Assembly (NCBI GenBank): GCA_016184305.1
Contig: JACPCX010000026.1
Coordinates: forward strand, 1 to 26,111
Length of the DNA: 26,111 nt
Origin: Candidatus Rokuibacteriota bacterium
GTDB taxonomy: Bacteria > Methylomirabilota > Methylomirabilia > Rokubacteriales > CSP1-6
Direction: 5' to 3'
Below, one piece after another: positions 1-7,155 of the stretch. Made by a program: the position numbers and the translations under genes. Within the stretch, counting starts at the first letter, position 1. Every line of letters starts with the position of its first letter. The notes below the pieces were generated by a model that worked only from the letters and a program-made list of their open reading frames with translations, made no database searches and was not told the DNA's origin.

Positions 1-830
1 CCGCTCTCCGCCCTCGGTCCCGTCTCCCCACAGTGCCAGCTGCGCGGAGACCGCCTGCTGGATGACCCTCCGGTACGCCAGGTACGCGGCGCCGCGCGCC
101 CCGGAGCGGATGAAGTCCGCCTTGTTGAGCGTCAGGCACTCCGCCAGCGGCGGCGCCTCGATGAGGCCGCCCACGCGGTCGGGCGCGGCGGGAGTGAGGC
201 CCAGCCAGTCCCAGCCGCGCTTGATCACCTTCCCGAAGGTACTGATGGCGATCCCCCGGCGCTCCTCCGGGAGCGGCTCGGGCTCGCGGAGGAGATAGCC
301 AGCCGCCGAGGGCTTGCGCCTGCGCGCGAGACGCACGGCCATCGGGGCCGACTCGGTCGCGGCCCAGCCCTCCGGGTCGAGCCGAGCGCCGTTGAGGACG
401 AAGCGCACCCCGGAGGGGTAGTGCGCGGCGAGGATCTCCGCGAAGGCGGGGTCGAACAGTGGCTGGAACTGCCGGCGCAGCACGGCCTCGATGAAGCCTG
501 GATCGAGCAGCGGGGACAGGGCGTTGTCCAGCGTCAGCCGCACGGCCGTCCCCCGCGCGCCCACGAGCCCGGGCGGCGGCACCCACCGCCACGGGGCCCG
601 GTGGCGCGAGGCGAGCGCCCAGGCCGTCGCCACGTGGCGCTGACCCTGCCGCGTCTCGGTGAGGACCGCCCGGCAGAGCAGCAGCGCCACCTTGATGCCG
701 ACCCCCGCGAAGCCGATGCCCTCGCCCCTGACCTTACGATCTCGGTGAGGATGGTCTCCTCGGCAGGCCCGGGGTAAGCATCCCGCAGGTCTTCGAGGAG
801 ATGCAGCAGGTCCACGCGCGTCTCACCCAC
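1..830 (-). pseudogene. GHKL/HSP90-like ATPase-domain protein with internal deletion and frameshift at ~735; runs off the window edge
   Basis: ORF 534..830 starts MGETRVDLLHLLEDLRDAYPGPAEETILTEIV. After 736/735 a different frame reads KVRGEGIGFAGVGIK...STFGKVIKRGWDWLG...LTLNKADF and stays open to position 1. The N-box Asn and DxGxGM segment expected between ExxxN and the G-rich G2 box are missing. Confidence 0.7.
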
Positions 831-863
831 GGTTCGCGCTCCGGTCCCGGCCCGCCCGTGGTG

Positions 864-1925
864 CTAGTGCCGGCAAATGTAGATGCTGTTCTGCGGGCCG
901 GGGGCGTCCACCACCTCGACGCTCCGGAGGCCCGCCTCGGCGAGCATGCCCCGGGCGACCTGCTCGCCCCAGCAGGTGCCGAGCCCCGTGCCGCCCTCGG
1001 CGAGGGACACCGTCAGGCAGTGCAGCACGCTGATCCCGTACATGTACGGCGCGAACGGGTTGCCGATATTGTCCTCGAGCTGGCTCGAGGCCTTGGGCTC
1101 GATCATGAGGTAGACCCCGTCAGGCTCCAGCGCGCCGACGATGCGCCGGAGCACCGCCGCGGGATCGCGCTGGTCGTGGATGGCGTCGAACGAGGTGATG
1201 AGGTCGAACTTGGGCTCGGCAGCCAGCTGCGTGATGTCCAGCGCCTCGAAGCGCGCGTTGGCGAGGCCCATGGCCTCCGCCTCCGCCCTGCCGCGCGCGA
1301 TGGCGTCCTCGCCCCAGTCATAGCCGATGAAGCTCGAGGCCGGGTACTCCCGGGCCATCACGTTGACGGCGTGCCCCGTGCCGCAGCCCACGTCCGCCAC
1401 CCGGATGCCCGCCTTGAGCCGCTCGGGCAGCCCCTTGGCCGCGGGCAGGAACCCCTTGATCAGGAGCCCGTCGTAGAGGAGCCGCCACGAGGCGTCCTGG
1501 GACGCGGTGAAGTCGGGCCTGAACTCGCTGTACGGCACCCCGCCGCCGGTCCGGAAGCACTCGGCCACCTTCAGCATCCGGGCGGCCAGCATCGGCACCA
1601 GATGGCTGTTGGGCGCGAGGTTGCGGCTGGAAGTCCCGGTGAGGCAGAGGGCGTGCTCGGCCGGGAGCGTGAAGGTCTTCGAGGCGGCGTCGTACTCGAC
1701 GAGGCCGCCCGTAGCCATGGCGCCGAGCCACTCGCGCGTGTAGCGCTCCACGAGCCCGGCTCGGTCGGCGATCTCGCGGCTGGTGCCCGGGCCCTTCGCC
1801 ACAGCCTCGAAGAGCCCCGTGCGGTGGCCGACATCGACGAGCAGCGTGAGCAGGCTGCTCGTGTACAGCCCGAACACCTTCCGGGCGAACTCCTGGACGC
1901 GCTGACGATCGAGCTTCTGCTCCAT
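864..1925 (-). CDS. Class I SAM-dependent methyltransferase with N-terminal winged helix (Rv2258c-like)
   Basis: 353 aa; VADVGCGTGH motif I, FDLITSFDAIHD, N-terminal LVERYTREWL wHTH; GGAGGAGG RBS upstream. Confidence 0.93.
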   Translation of the reverse strand: MEQKLDRQRVQEFARKVFGLYTSSLLTLLVDVGHRTGLFEAVAKGPGTSREIADRAGLVERYTREWLGAMATGGLVEYDAASKTFTLPAEHALCLTGTSSRNLAPNSHLVPMLAARMLKVAECFRTGGGVPYSEFRPDFTASQDASWRLLYDGLLIKGFLPAAKGLPERLKAGIRVADVGCGTGHAVNVMAREYPASSFIGYDWGEDAIARGRAEAEAMGLANARFEALDITQLAAEPKFDLITSFDAIHDQRDPAAVLRRIVGALEPDGVYLMIEPKASSQLEDNIGNPFAPYMYGISVLHCLTVSLAEGGTGLGTCWGEQVARGMLAEAGLRSVEVVDAPGPQNSIYICRH

Positions 1926-2083
1926 GGGTCCTCCTCCGCATTGCGTGGCAGGCTGCCGCGGGCCCGGAGCCTCCGGGGGATCGGCGTTCCGGGGGTATCG
2001 AGCCCCGTCTAGCTGGAGGGATACTGCGCCGGCGACAGCGGCGCCGTCAAGGAGCGTCCGCGGCCTTCTTGAAGCCCGGGTGA

Positions 2084-2168
2084 CAGCTCTTCCTCGTCGA
2101 GGAGGGCGAACCCGTCAGAGGGCAGAGGCCTGGACCGCCGCGCTCGCGTCTATGACCAGCACGCTCAC
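2084..2168 (-). pseudogene. vapC: 5' remnant of a VapC/PIN toxin (frameshifted, truncated)
   Basis: GTGA overlap with the HTH gene stop. Reads MSVLVIDASAAVQAS (PIN first-strand xVxDAS motif), then after a 1-nt shift PSDGFALLDEEEL, and ends. Confidence 0.7.
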
Positions 2169-2410
2169 CGCCCCGCGCGCGATCGCCGCACGGAGTGGAC
2201 GACATTGGGCATGGCCTCCCCCGTGCTGGTCTTCTTCCAGGCCGGAGGCAGCGGCAGCACGTCCGGCTTGAAGAGACTCCTCAGGTCACCTTCGTCGACC
2301 ACGTGCTGCGTGCCCACCTTGCGGGCGCGCAAACGGCCCGAGCGAATCCAGCGACGGACCGTCTCGGGATCGCGTCCAAGCCTGGCGGCAACTTCCGGCA
2401 CGGTGAGCAT
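2165..2410 (-). CDS. Excisionase-like helix-turn-helix (HTH_17) protein, probable antitoxin
   Basis: MLTVPEVAARLGRDPETVRRWIRSGRLRA; translationally coupled to the vapC remnant; start 2410 preferred because TATGCT lies 7 nt upstream. Confidence 0.85.
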   Translation of the reverse strand: MLTVPEVAARLGRDPETVRRWIRSGRLRARKVGTQHVVDEGDLRSLFKPDVLPLPPAWKKTSTGEAMPNVVHSVRRSRAGR

Positions 2411-2417
2411 GTGTAAC

Positions 2418-2423
2418 AGCATA
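2418..2423 (-). promoter_or_regulatory. -10 box (TATGCT) for a probable leaderless transcript
   Basis: TATGCT-gttacac-ATG, no SD; no good -35. Confidence 0.5.
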
Positions 2424-2506
2424 CAAGACTACGGCCCGCCGCGGACGCCCCGGACGAAGCGGCGCGTGCGGCCGAGCGCGCGAGCCGACGCTGGATCCGG
2501 TGCCGG

Positions 2507-3070
2507 TCAGCTGCGCGGCGTGATCGGGCGATCGATGAGCACGGCGAGGAACAGCGCCGGTCCGCCATGGGCAGCCCAGGCGTGGCTGGTGCCGCGCTGG
2601 ATCACGATCTGGCCGGGTCTCAGCCGCGTCTCGCCGCTCTCCAGGATCAGGGACGCATCCCCCTTGAGGAGACAGATGACGTCGAGGGTGTGCGTCTCGT
2701 GCATCGCGTGATGCCGCGTCTGGTCCTGCAGGTGGGCGGCCGCACCCATGCGCGCGAAGGCCGCCTTGGCGGCCGCGTCCAGGGCCGCCTTCGGCGCGCC
2801 GGGCGGCGGCGGCTCGACGATGAACCAGCGCACCTTCACCTCGCCGCGCGCCGGCGACAGGACCGGCGCCCCTTTCGGCCCCAGGTCGCCGCCCCCCCGC
2901 GGGTCCAGGGGTGCCGAGGCCGCGTCGGCCCAGATCTCGAACAGGCCGCCGAGCCCCGCCTCGGCCATCACGGCGGAGGGGGGGCCGTCGACGATGATGA
3001 CCGACTGCCCCTTCGCGTCGTCCCCGGTGATGACCCGCCGCAACGCTTCTTCAAAGCCCGGATAACTCAT
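2507..3070 (-). CDS. Cupin-domain protein
   Basis: RRVITG..GQSVI N-terminus, MHETHTLD and VIQRGTSHAW cupin motifs; GGAGG RBS. Confidence 0.88.
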   Translation of the reverse strand: MSYPGFEEALRRVITGDDAKGQSVIIVDGPPSAVMAEAGLGGLFEIWADAASAPLDPRGGGDLGPKGAPVLSPARGEVKVRWFIVEPPPPGAPKAALDAAAKAAFARMGAAAHLQDQTRHHAMHETHTLDVICLLKGDASLILESGETRLRPGQIVIQRGTSHAWAAHGGPALFLAVLIDRPITPRS

Positions 3071-3112
3071 CGCTCCCTCCTGTCAGGTGAGCCGCGCGCC
3101 CGAGGTCAGCGC

Positions 3113-3362
3113 TCAGCCGAGGCGTTCGATCCCCGGGAAGCCGTCGAAGCCGGGATCGAAGCTCAGTATGCGGCCGATGCCCTCTCGTTCCATGACAGCC
3201 ACGTGGATAGCGTCCCGGGCCGACAGGCGCCGGCTCCCGAGGACGATGCTGCGCGCGCGCCACGGCGGGGAGATCGACCGGGAAGACCTCGTCCACGAGG
3301 CCCAGCAGGGCATCGAATGCCGGCTGGATCGCGTCCAGACGGTCAATGGCGACATAGCGATG
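3113..3362 (-). pseudogene. vapC: 3' remnant of a VapC/PIN toxin (5'-truncated, frameshifted at ~3262)
   Basis: HRYVAIDRLDAIQPAFDALLGLVDEVFPVDLPAV, then in another frame RARSIVLGSRRLSARDAIHVAVMEREGIGRILSFDPGFDGFPGIERLG (RDAIH and SFD PIN motifs); begins abruptly next to the neighbouring stop codon. Confidence 0.85.
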
Positions 3363-3364
3363 GA

Positions 3365-3775
3365 CTACTTCTTCTTGAGGAACTGAATACCCCGCAGGAT
3401 GGCGACGCCCTTGCCCTTGTTGGACACGTCGAGCACGATCCCCTCCTGGTGGAGCCAGCTCTCACCCGTCTTCTTCTCCGCGACCTTGTCCCCGTACTTG
3501 TAGGTGAAGGTGCCCTTCGTCACCCAGAGGATCTCGGTGGACCCCACCTTGAAGTCCTTCACGGCGGCCCCGGGATCCATCTCGAACTGAATGAGCTGGG
3601 CCTTCTCGATCCCCGGGAAGCCGGGCTCGAAGGTGTTGACCACCGCGAAGCGCACCGGCTCCTTCTTTGCCTTCTCCTGCTTTGCCTTCTCCTGCGCGAG
3701 CGCGGCGCCCCCCAGCATGACGCCCAGGGCGGACACGAGCATGAAGCCCACGGCCACTGTCCAGATCCTTCGCAT
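3365..3775 (-). CDS. Secreted/periplasmic cupin-fold protein
   Basis: Start at ATG 3775 after GAGGAG; signal peptide MRRIWTVAVGFMLVSALGVMLGGAALA|Q; beta-rich cupin pattern (EILWVTKG..GESW..N.G....L) with few His ligands. Confidence 0.75.
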   Translation of the reverse strand: MRRIWTVAVGFMLVSALGVMLGGAALAQEKAKQEKAKKEPVRFAVVNTFEPGFPGIEKAQLIQFEMDPGAAVKDFKVGSTEILWVTKGTFTYKYGDKVAEKKTGESWLHQEGIVLDVSNKGKGVAILRGIQFLKKK

Positions 3776-3862
3776 TGGGCTCTCCTCTCTCCTCGATGGT
3801 CGGTTGCCTCGCAGCCGGTCGGCGCCGCTCACCGACGCCGCCGCGTTCGCCACGTCGCGCAA

Positions 3863-3891
3863 CGGATAGCGCCTGGCCCGGGGGGTGTCAA
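3863..3891 (-). promoter_or_regulatory. Putative sigma70 promoter for the cupin gene
   Basis: TTGACA-17 nt-TATCCG; in repeat copy 2 the -35 is GTGACA. Confidence 0.5.
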
Positions 3892-4012
3892 CCCCGGATT
3901 TCGCCCCCGCAGGTTGACGGGGGGCGCGATCCTCGGAAGGTGCCGCGCTCGGTTCAGCACAAGATCCGCCAAGGCCGTGTAGACTGGCCTCGGCTGTCGC
4001 GTAGGTCCTTGC

Positions 4013-4051
4013 GTGCCCGTAGCTCGGCTTGATAGAGCATCGGCCTTCTAA
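4013..4051 (+). pseudogene. 5' half of tRNA-Arg(UCU), ending at the last base of the anticodon loop
   Basis: GTGCCCGTAGCTCGGCTTGATAGAGCATCGGCCTTCTAA matches 5888..5926 with 3 changes; the sequence after it is unrelated. Confidence 0.9.
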
Positions 4052-4294
4052 AGTGCCTAGACGCGTGTTGCGTGGTGTCCCTCTCGCTCACGCGGCGGAG
4101 CTATCGCCCTCTGTTCACGCGGCCTTCCGCTGCGATTGGCGAGACAGCGCCATGAGCGGGAGCGATACGGAGGGGGCGCAAGCGAGTCACCGCACTTCGA
4201 GAAAACTTCGCGTCGCTTTGCTCCCGGTTCCGACTGCCGCTCGCTCATTGCCCGCCGTAGACCATCGCGTAAACCTCTGAGCGGCCCGAGGCTT

Positions 4295-4486
4295 GACCGC
4301 CGGTTGTGCGCCAGCCGGTCGCGAATTCTGCCCTCTCCGGTGACCCTCAACGCACCGGGATCGGGTGCGCGCCGGACACTTGCAGCCGATCGATGGTGCA
4401 AGCGTAGCCAACTCTGGCCCCCTTCGGCGGCGCGCGCCCCGTCCGGGGTCCCCGTCCCCATGACATGATCTCCCAAATTCGGACGC
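4295..4486 (+). mobile_element. Orphan IS110/IS1111-like right-end non-coding region (candidate bridge/seek RNA), no transposase
   Basis: Shares AGCGTAGCYAAC and (A/T)TGACA-N10/11-ATTCGGACGC with the mini-IS110 at 5359..5592; stacked stems at 4299-4318, 4336-4376 and 4380-4401; left boundary approximate. Confidence 0.5.
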
Positions 4487-4525
4487 TGGCCGCGCCAGGA
4501 ACCACAGGAGCCGATGCCACAGTGC
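4473..4525 (+). repeat. ~52-bp direct repeat copy A (CCARATTCGGACGCTGGCCGC...CGATGCCACAGWGC)
   Basis: Aligns to 5579..5630 with a handful of differences. Confidence 0.9.
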
Positions 4526-4566
4526 TGCCGGGTGCCCTGCGCCGCGCCCCGGGACAGGCGCGCGCC

Positions 4567-4594
4567 ATGGTAATCCCGCATCGCGCCCTGTCAA
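4567..4594 (-). promoter_or_regulatory. Putative sigma70 promoter with no obvious downstream gene
   Basis: TTGACA-16 nt-TACCAT overlapping the DUF5615 stop codon. Confidence 0.5.
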
Positions 4595-4965
4595 CGCCGT
4601 TTCCTGCGGTCGCGCGACCCGCCTGCCCGGCGGGTGTCCTCGACGGTGATAATCGCCCCAGCCTTGGCGTCGGACTCGAGGCTCGGCAGGACGCGCTCGA
4701 GGATGGCGTCAACGAGCTCGATGCGCGAAGAGGAGAGGCGCAACGAGATGAGCGACGGCGCCCGTCCTCCTGCGAACGCCAGGATCGCCGAGAAGCGGAG
4801 ATCCTGGGTGAGGATGACACGGTCGTCCTGGATGGCGCGGGCGACAATGGCCTCGTCCGCCGAGGTCGCCGGCATGATCTCGTTGATGCGCGCCACGTCA
4901 TGGCCACGGGCCTGCAGAGATCGCACGGTGCGCGGCGAGATGTGCATGTCGGCGAGGAGCCTCAT
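4591..4965 (-). CDS. DUF5615 family PIN-like toxin (C-terminus possibly clipped)
   Basis: MRLLADMHISP...GHD...DEAI...VILTQDLRF; ATGA overlap with the DUF433 gene. Confidence 0.88.
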   Translation of the reverse strand: MRLLADMHISPRTVRSLQARGHDVARINEIMPATSADEAIVARAIQDDRVILTQDLRFSAILAFAGGRAPSLISLRLSSSRIELVDAILERVLPSLESDAKAGAIITVEDTRRAGGSRDRRKRR

Positions 4966-5180
4966 GCAATCGCCGAGGTCGTCTCACTCGCCAGCCAGGC
5001 GCCGTACTTGGCGGCCTGGTAGACGTCCTCCTTCTCCAGTTCGGGATACTCCTTGACAATCTCGTCGGCCGTGTAGCCGTCGCCGAGCAGCTTCAGCACA
5101 AAGTCCACCGTGATGCGCATCCCGCGGATGGTGGGCTTGCCATCACAGACCCGAGGGTCAACGGAGATCCGGTCCAACAT
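4962..5180 (-). CDS. DUF433 family antitoxin
   Basis: RISVDPRVCDGKPTIRGMRITV...EIVKEYPELEKEDV. Confidence 0.93.
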   Translation of the reverse strand: MLDRISVDPRVCDGKPTIRGMRITVDFVLKLLGDGYTADEIVKEYPELEKEDVYQAAKYGAWLASETTSAIA

Positions 5181-5186
5181 GCTTCC

Positions 5187-5215
5187 AGGTTACTCGGTAC
5201 GAGGTGAATCGGCAA
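5187..5215 (-). promoter_or_regulatory. Leaderless sigma70 promoter with small operator-like palindrome
   Basis: TTGCCG-17 nt-TAACCT-6 nt-ATG; CTCG-gta-CGAG at 5193..5203 in the spacer. Confidence 0.65.
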
Positions 5216-5358
5216 CACCGGTGCATCGGCGATATCCGGCCCGGCCACGGGGGCGCAAGCCGTCCGCCGCTGCGATAGGGGCGCACCCCGGCGCCCGCCT
5301 TATCCCTCGGAACCTCCCGCCCGCGCGGGTCACCCGGAGCGCACCACGTCGCGAGCGT

Positions 5359-5592
5359 AGATGTCATGAAGCGGCTGGCCTCTCGCTCGACGTGGTGGCA
5401 TAGACTGCCCCACAAGAGCTACTCGCGCTCAACGGCGCAGAGAGGAGAGGCCAGCCATGGACCATATTGGCGTCGACGTCGACAAGAAGGGAGCGTAGCT
5501 AACACAATGGGTGTCGGGGGGCGGGTGCGGCCGAGGCCGGGGCGGCGCCGTCGGGTGGGGCGCCGCTTGACACAACAGCCAGATTCGGACGC
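5359..5592 (+). mobile_element. Internally deleted mini-IS110 (left end + first codons of transposase + right end)
   Basis: GAGGAG RBS then MDHIGVDVDKK at 5457 (IS110 DEDD N-terminal GxDxxK motif); perfect 12-bp IR 5373-5384/5445-5456; outward-facing TTGACA at 5567-5572; ends approximate. Confidence 0.7.
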
Positions 5593-5692
5593 TGGCCGCC
5601 CCAGGAGCCCAGGAGTCGATGCCACAGAGCCGATGCCACAGAATGTCTCGATGGCCTCTGAACTGATGTCCGAGCTGTAGATGATGCCACAG
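5579..5692 (+). repeat. ~52-bp repeat copy B plus two further GATGCCACAG motifs
   Basis: GATGCCACAG at 5618, 5632 and 5683 (also 4513). Confidence 0.9.
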
Positions 5693-5926
5693 TCGGCGCC
5701 GCTCACCGGCGCCGCCGCGTTCGCCACGTCGCACAACGGATAACGCCTGGCCCGGGGGGTGTCACCCTCGGATTTCGCCCCCGCGAGGTTGACGGGGGGC
5801 GCGATCCTCGGAAGGTGCCGCGCTCGGTCCAGCACAAGATCCGCCAAGGCCGTGTAGACTGGCCTCGGCTGTCGCGTAGGTCCTTGCGCGCCCGTAGCTC
5901 AGCTGGATAGAGCATCGGCCTTCTAA
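5692..5926 (+). repeat. Direct repeat copy 2 (~235 bp): upstream region and 5' half of the intact tRNA
   Basis: Aligns to 3818..4051. Confidence 0.95.
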
Positions 5927-5964
5927 GCCGAGGGTCGCAGGTTCGAATCCTGCCGGGCGCGCCA
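5888..5964 (+). tRNA. tRNA-Arg(UCU)
   Basis: 77 nt; acceptor stem GCGCCCG/CGGGCGC, D arm GCTC/GAGC, anticodon stem TCGGC/GCCGA with loop CTTCTAA, GGTTCGAATCC T arm, encoded CCA. Confidence 0.98.
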
Positions 5965-6014
5965 TTGTCTTTCAGGGACTTCCACCGCGGCGCCTTCCAC
6001 GCCGCCAGGCCTGA

Positions 6015-6080
6015 GTGCCGGTTTTAGTGCCGGTTGCGCCCTCGGGATTGCTCTTCGCTCGCCGGCGGGCGCGCATGCGC
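6015..6080 (-). pseudogene. Extreme 3' remnant of a tyrosine integrase gene, with tandem GTGCCGGTT repeat
   Basis: 6015 GTGCCGGTTTTAGTGCCGGTTGCGCCCT aligns to 7453 GTACCGGTCTTGCTGTCGGTGGCGCCCT (EGATGTKTGT vs KGATDSKTGT). Confidence 0.65.
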
Positions 6081-6095
6081 GCACGGGAGAGGCCA

Positions 6096-6554
6096 TCAGG
6101 CTCGTCGGGGCCCTCGGGGCTTGAAGAGCATCTGGACTCTGCCGGAGCGGGCGATCCTTGCAATGAATGGCGGCTCGTGTCGGATGGAAAACCTGGCGAT
6201 GTGGGGCAAGGCGGCCACCACGGTCGCCGCCATCTCGGGACCAGTCAGATCGCCACGGGTCAGGACGAACGCACGGACGCCACCGGCGATGAGAGCCGCC
6301 TGTTCAGTGAGGCGGTACCGGATCTTCGCGTCCTTGGTGATTACCGCCCATCCCCGCCGCCCGACTTCAGGAAGCCACTCCTCGTCTCGAGCGTCCTGAG
6401 GGAAGTGGTCATCGTGGACGTGGACCTCGATACCCTGCATCCGGAGGGCGTCGGGGATGGCGTGTCGGCCGAGGGACCGATCGATGAAGAGAGGTGGCGG
6501 CTGGCTAGGCGGCTTCGAGCGGGAGCTCGCAGCGGAGGGCTTCCTGGATCTCAA
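6096..6554 (-). CDS. VapC45-like PIN toxin
   Basis: FIDRSLG...HDDHF...DEEWL...GWAVITKDAKIRY; overlaps the 3' end of the antitoxin. Confidence 0.88.
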   Translation of the reverse strand: MRSRKPSAASSRSKPPSQPPPLFIDRSLGRHAIPDALRMQGIEVHVHDDHFPQDARDEEWLPEVGRRGWAVITKDAKIRYRLTEQAALIAGGVRAFVLTRGDLTGPEMAATVVAALPHIARFSIRHEPPFIARIARSGRVQMLFKPRGPRRA

Positions 6555-7155
6555 GGGGACCTCGTTCGTAGTCCCGGGCGAGGTCGTCGACCGATTCCCC
6601 CGCCTTGAAGCGCTCCGCGATCACTGCCGTTGCGATTCCCGTCCCCGTCAACACCGGGCGTCCAAAGGAGACGAACGGATCGATCACGATGGCCCTCGGC
6701 TCTTCCGGCTCGCGCTTCCTGATGAAGGGAAAGAGGCGAATGGGCAGCCCCTTCAGATCCCAATCGATGCGGCGGAGGTAAGCCCTCACCAGCTCGCGCA
6801 TCGCCAGCTGCCCGTCCTGCGTCAAGTTGATGAGCAGGCCCGCCTTGTCGATGAAGAGATCCAGGCCGTCTGTCTCGAACCGGTATTCGGCGAGCGGATG
6901 CCTGGAGCTGTAATGCCGTTCGAGGAACGCCACCGCCGAGCGCACCTTGCGAAGGGAGATCTCGTGCTGGCGACGGATGGCCTCGAGGATGTGCGCCTCC
7001 ACCAGATTGACGAAGGACAGCACCGGCCACTCTGGCTGGGGTAGGCGGATGACGGGTCTGAAGAACTCCCGGCCCCTGGCGGTCGGGTAGAACCGTCCGA
7101 GAACCCACGACCTCAGGGTCGCCGTGGGCATCCGAAGATACCTTGCCGCGTCCAT
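6505..7155 (-). CDS. VapB45/Rv2018-like antitoxin (HTH + DUF433); true start probably further upstream (~7224-7232)
   Basis: AARYLRMPTATLRSW, LSFVNLVEAH, IDPFVSFGRP..GTGI...RFKAGES; the family-like GRDPREIPAY lies in frame upstream of ATG 7155. Confidence 0.88.
   Translation of the reverse strand: MDAARYLRMPTATLRSWVLGRFYPTARGREFFRPVIRLPQPEWPVLSFVNLVEAHILEAIRRQHEISLRKVRSAVAFLERHYSSRHPLAEYRFETDGLDLFIDKAGLLINLTQDGQLAMRELVRAYLRRIDWDLKGLPIRLFPFIRKREPEEPRAIVIDPFVSFGRPVLTGTGIATAVIAERFKAGESVDDLARDYERGPLEIQEALRCELPLEAA

Larger units (their letters stand above)
3818..4051 (+). repeat. Direct repeat copy 1 (~234 bp): tRNA upstream region plus tRNA 5' half
   Basis: Aligns by eye to 5692..5926 with about 9 substitutions and 1 indel. 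Confidence 0.95.

Noticed and set aside
801..3982. Plus-strand ORFs 801..2012 and 2567..3982
   Set aside because: Antisense shadows of the methyltransferase, cupin and vapC sequences.
4557..4568. GCGCGCCAT resembling the tRNA 3' end
   Set aside because: A 9-nt low-complexity match is expected by chance at this GC content.
4473..5692. GATGCCACAG repeats as a CRISPR array or integron attC array
   Set aside because: Repeats are too short and irregularly spaced; no cas genes, no attC R-box inverted structure, and no IntI-type integrase.
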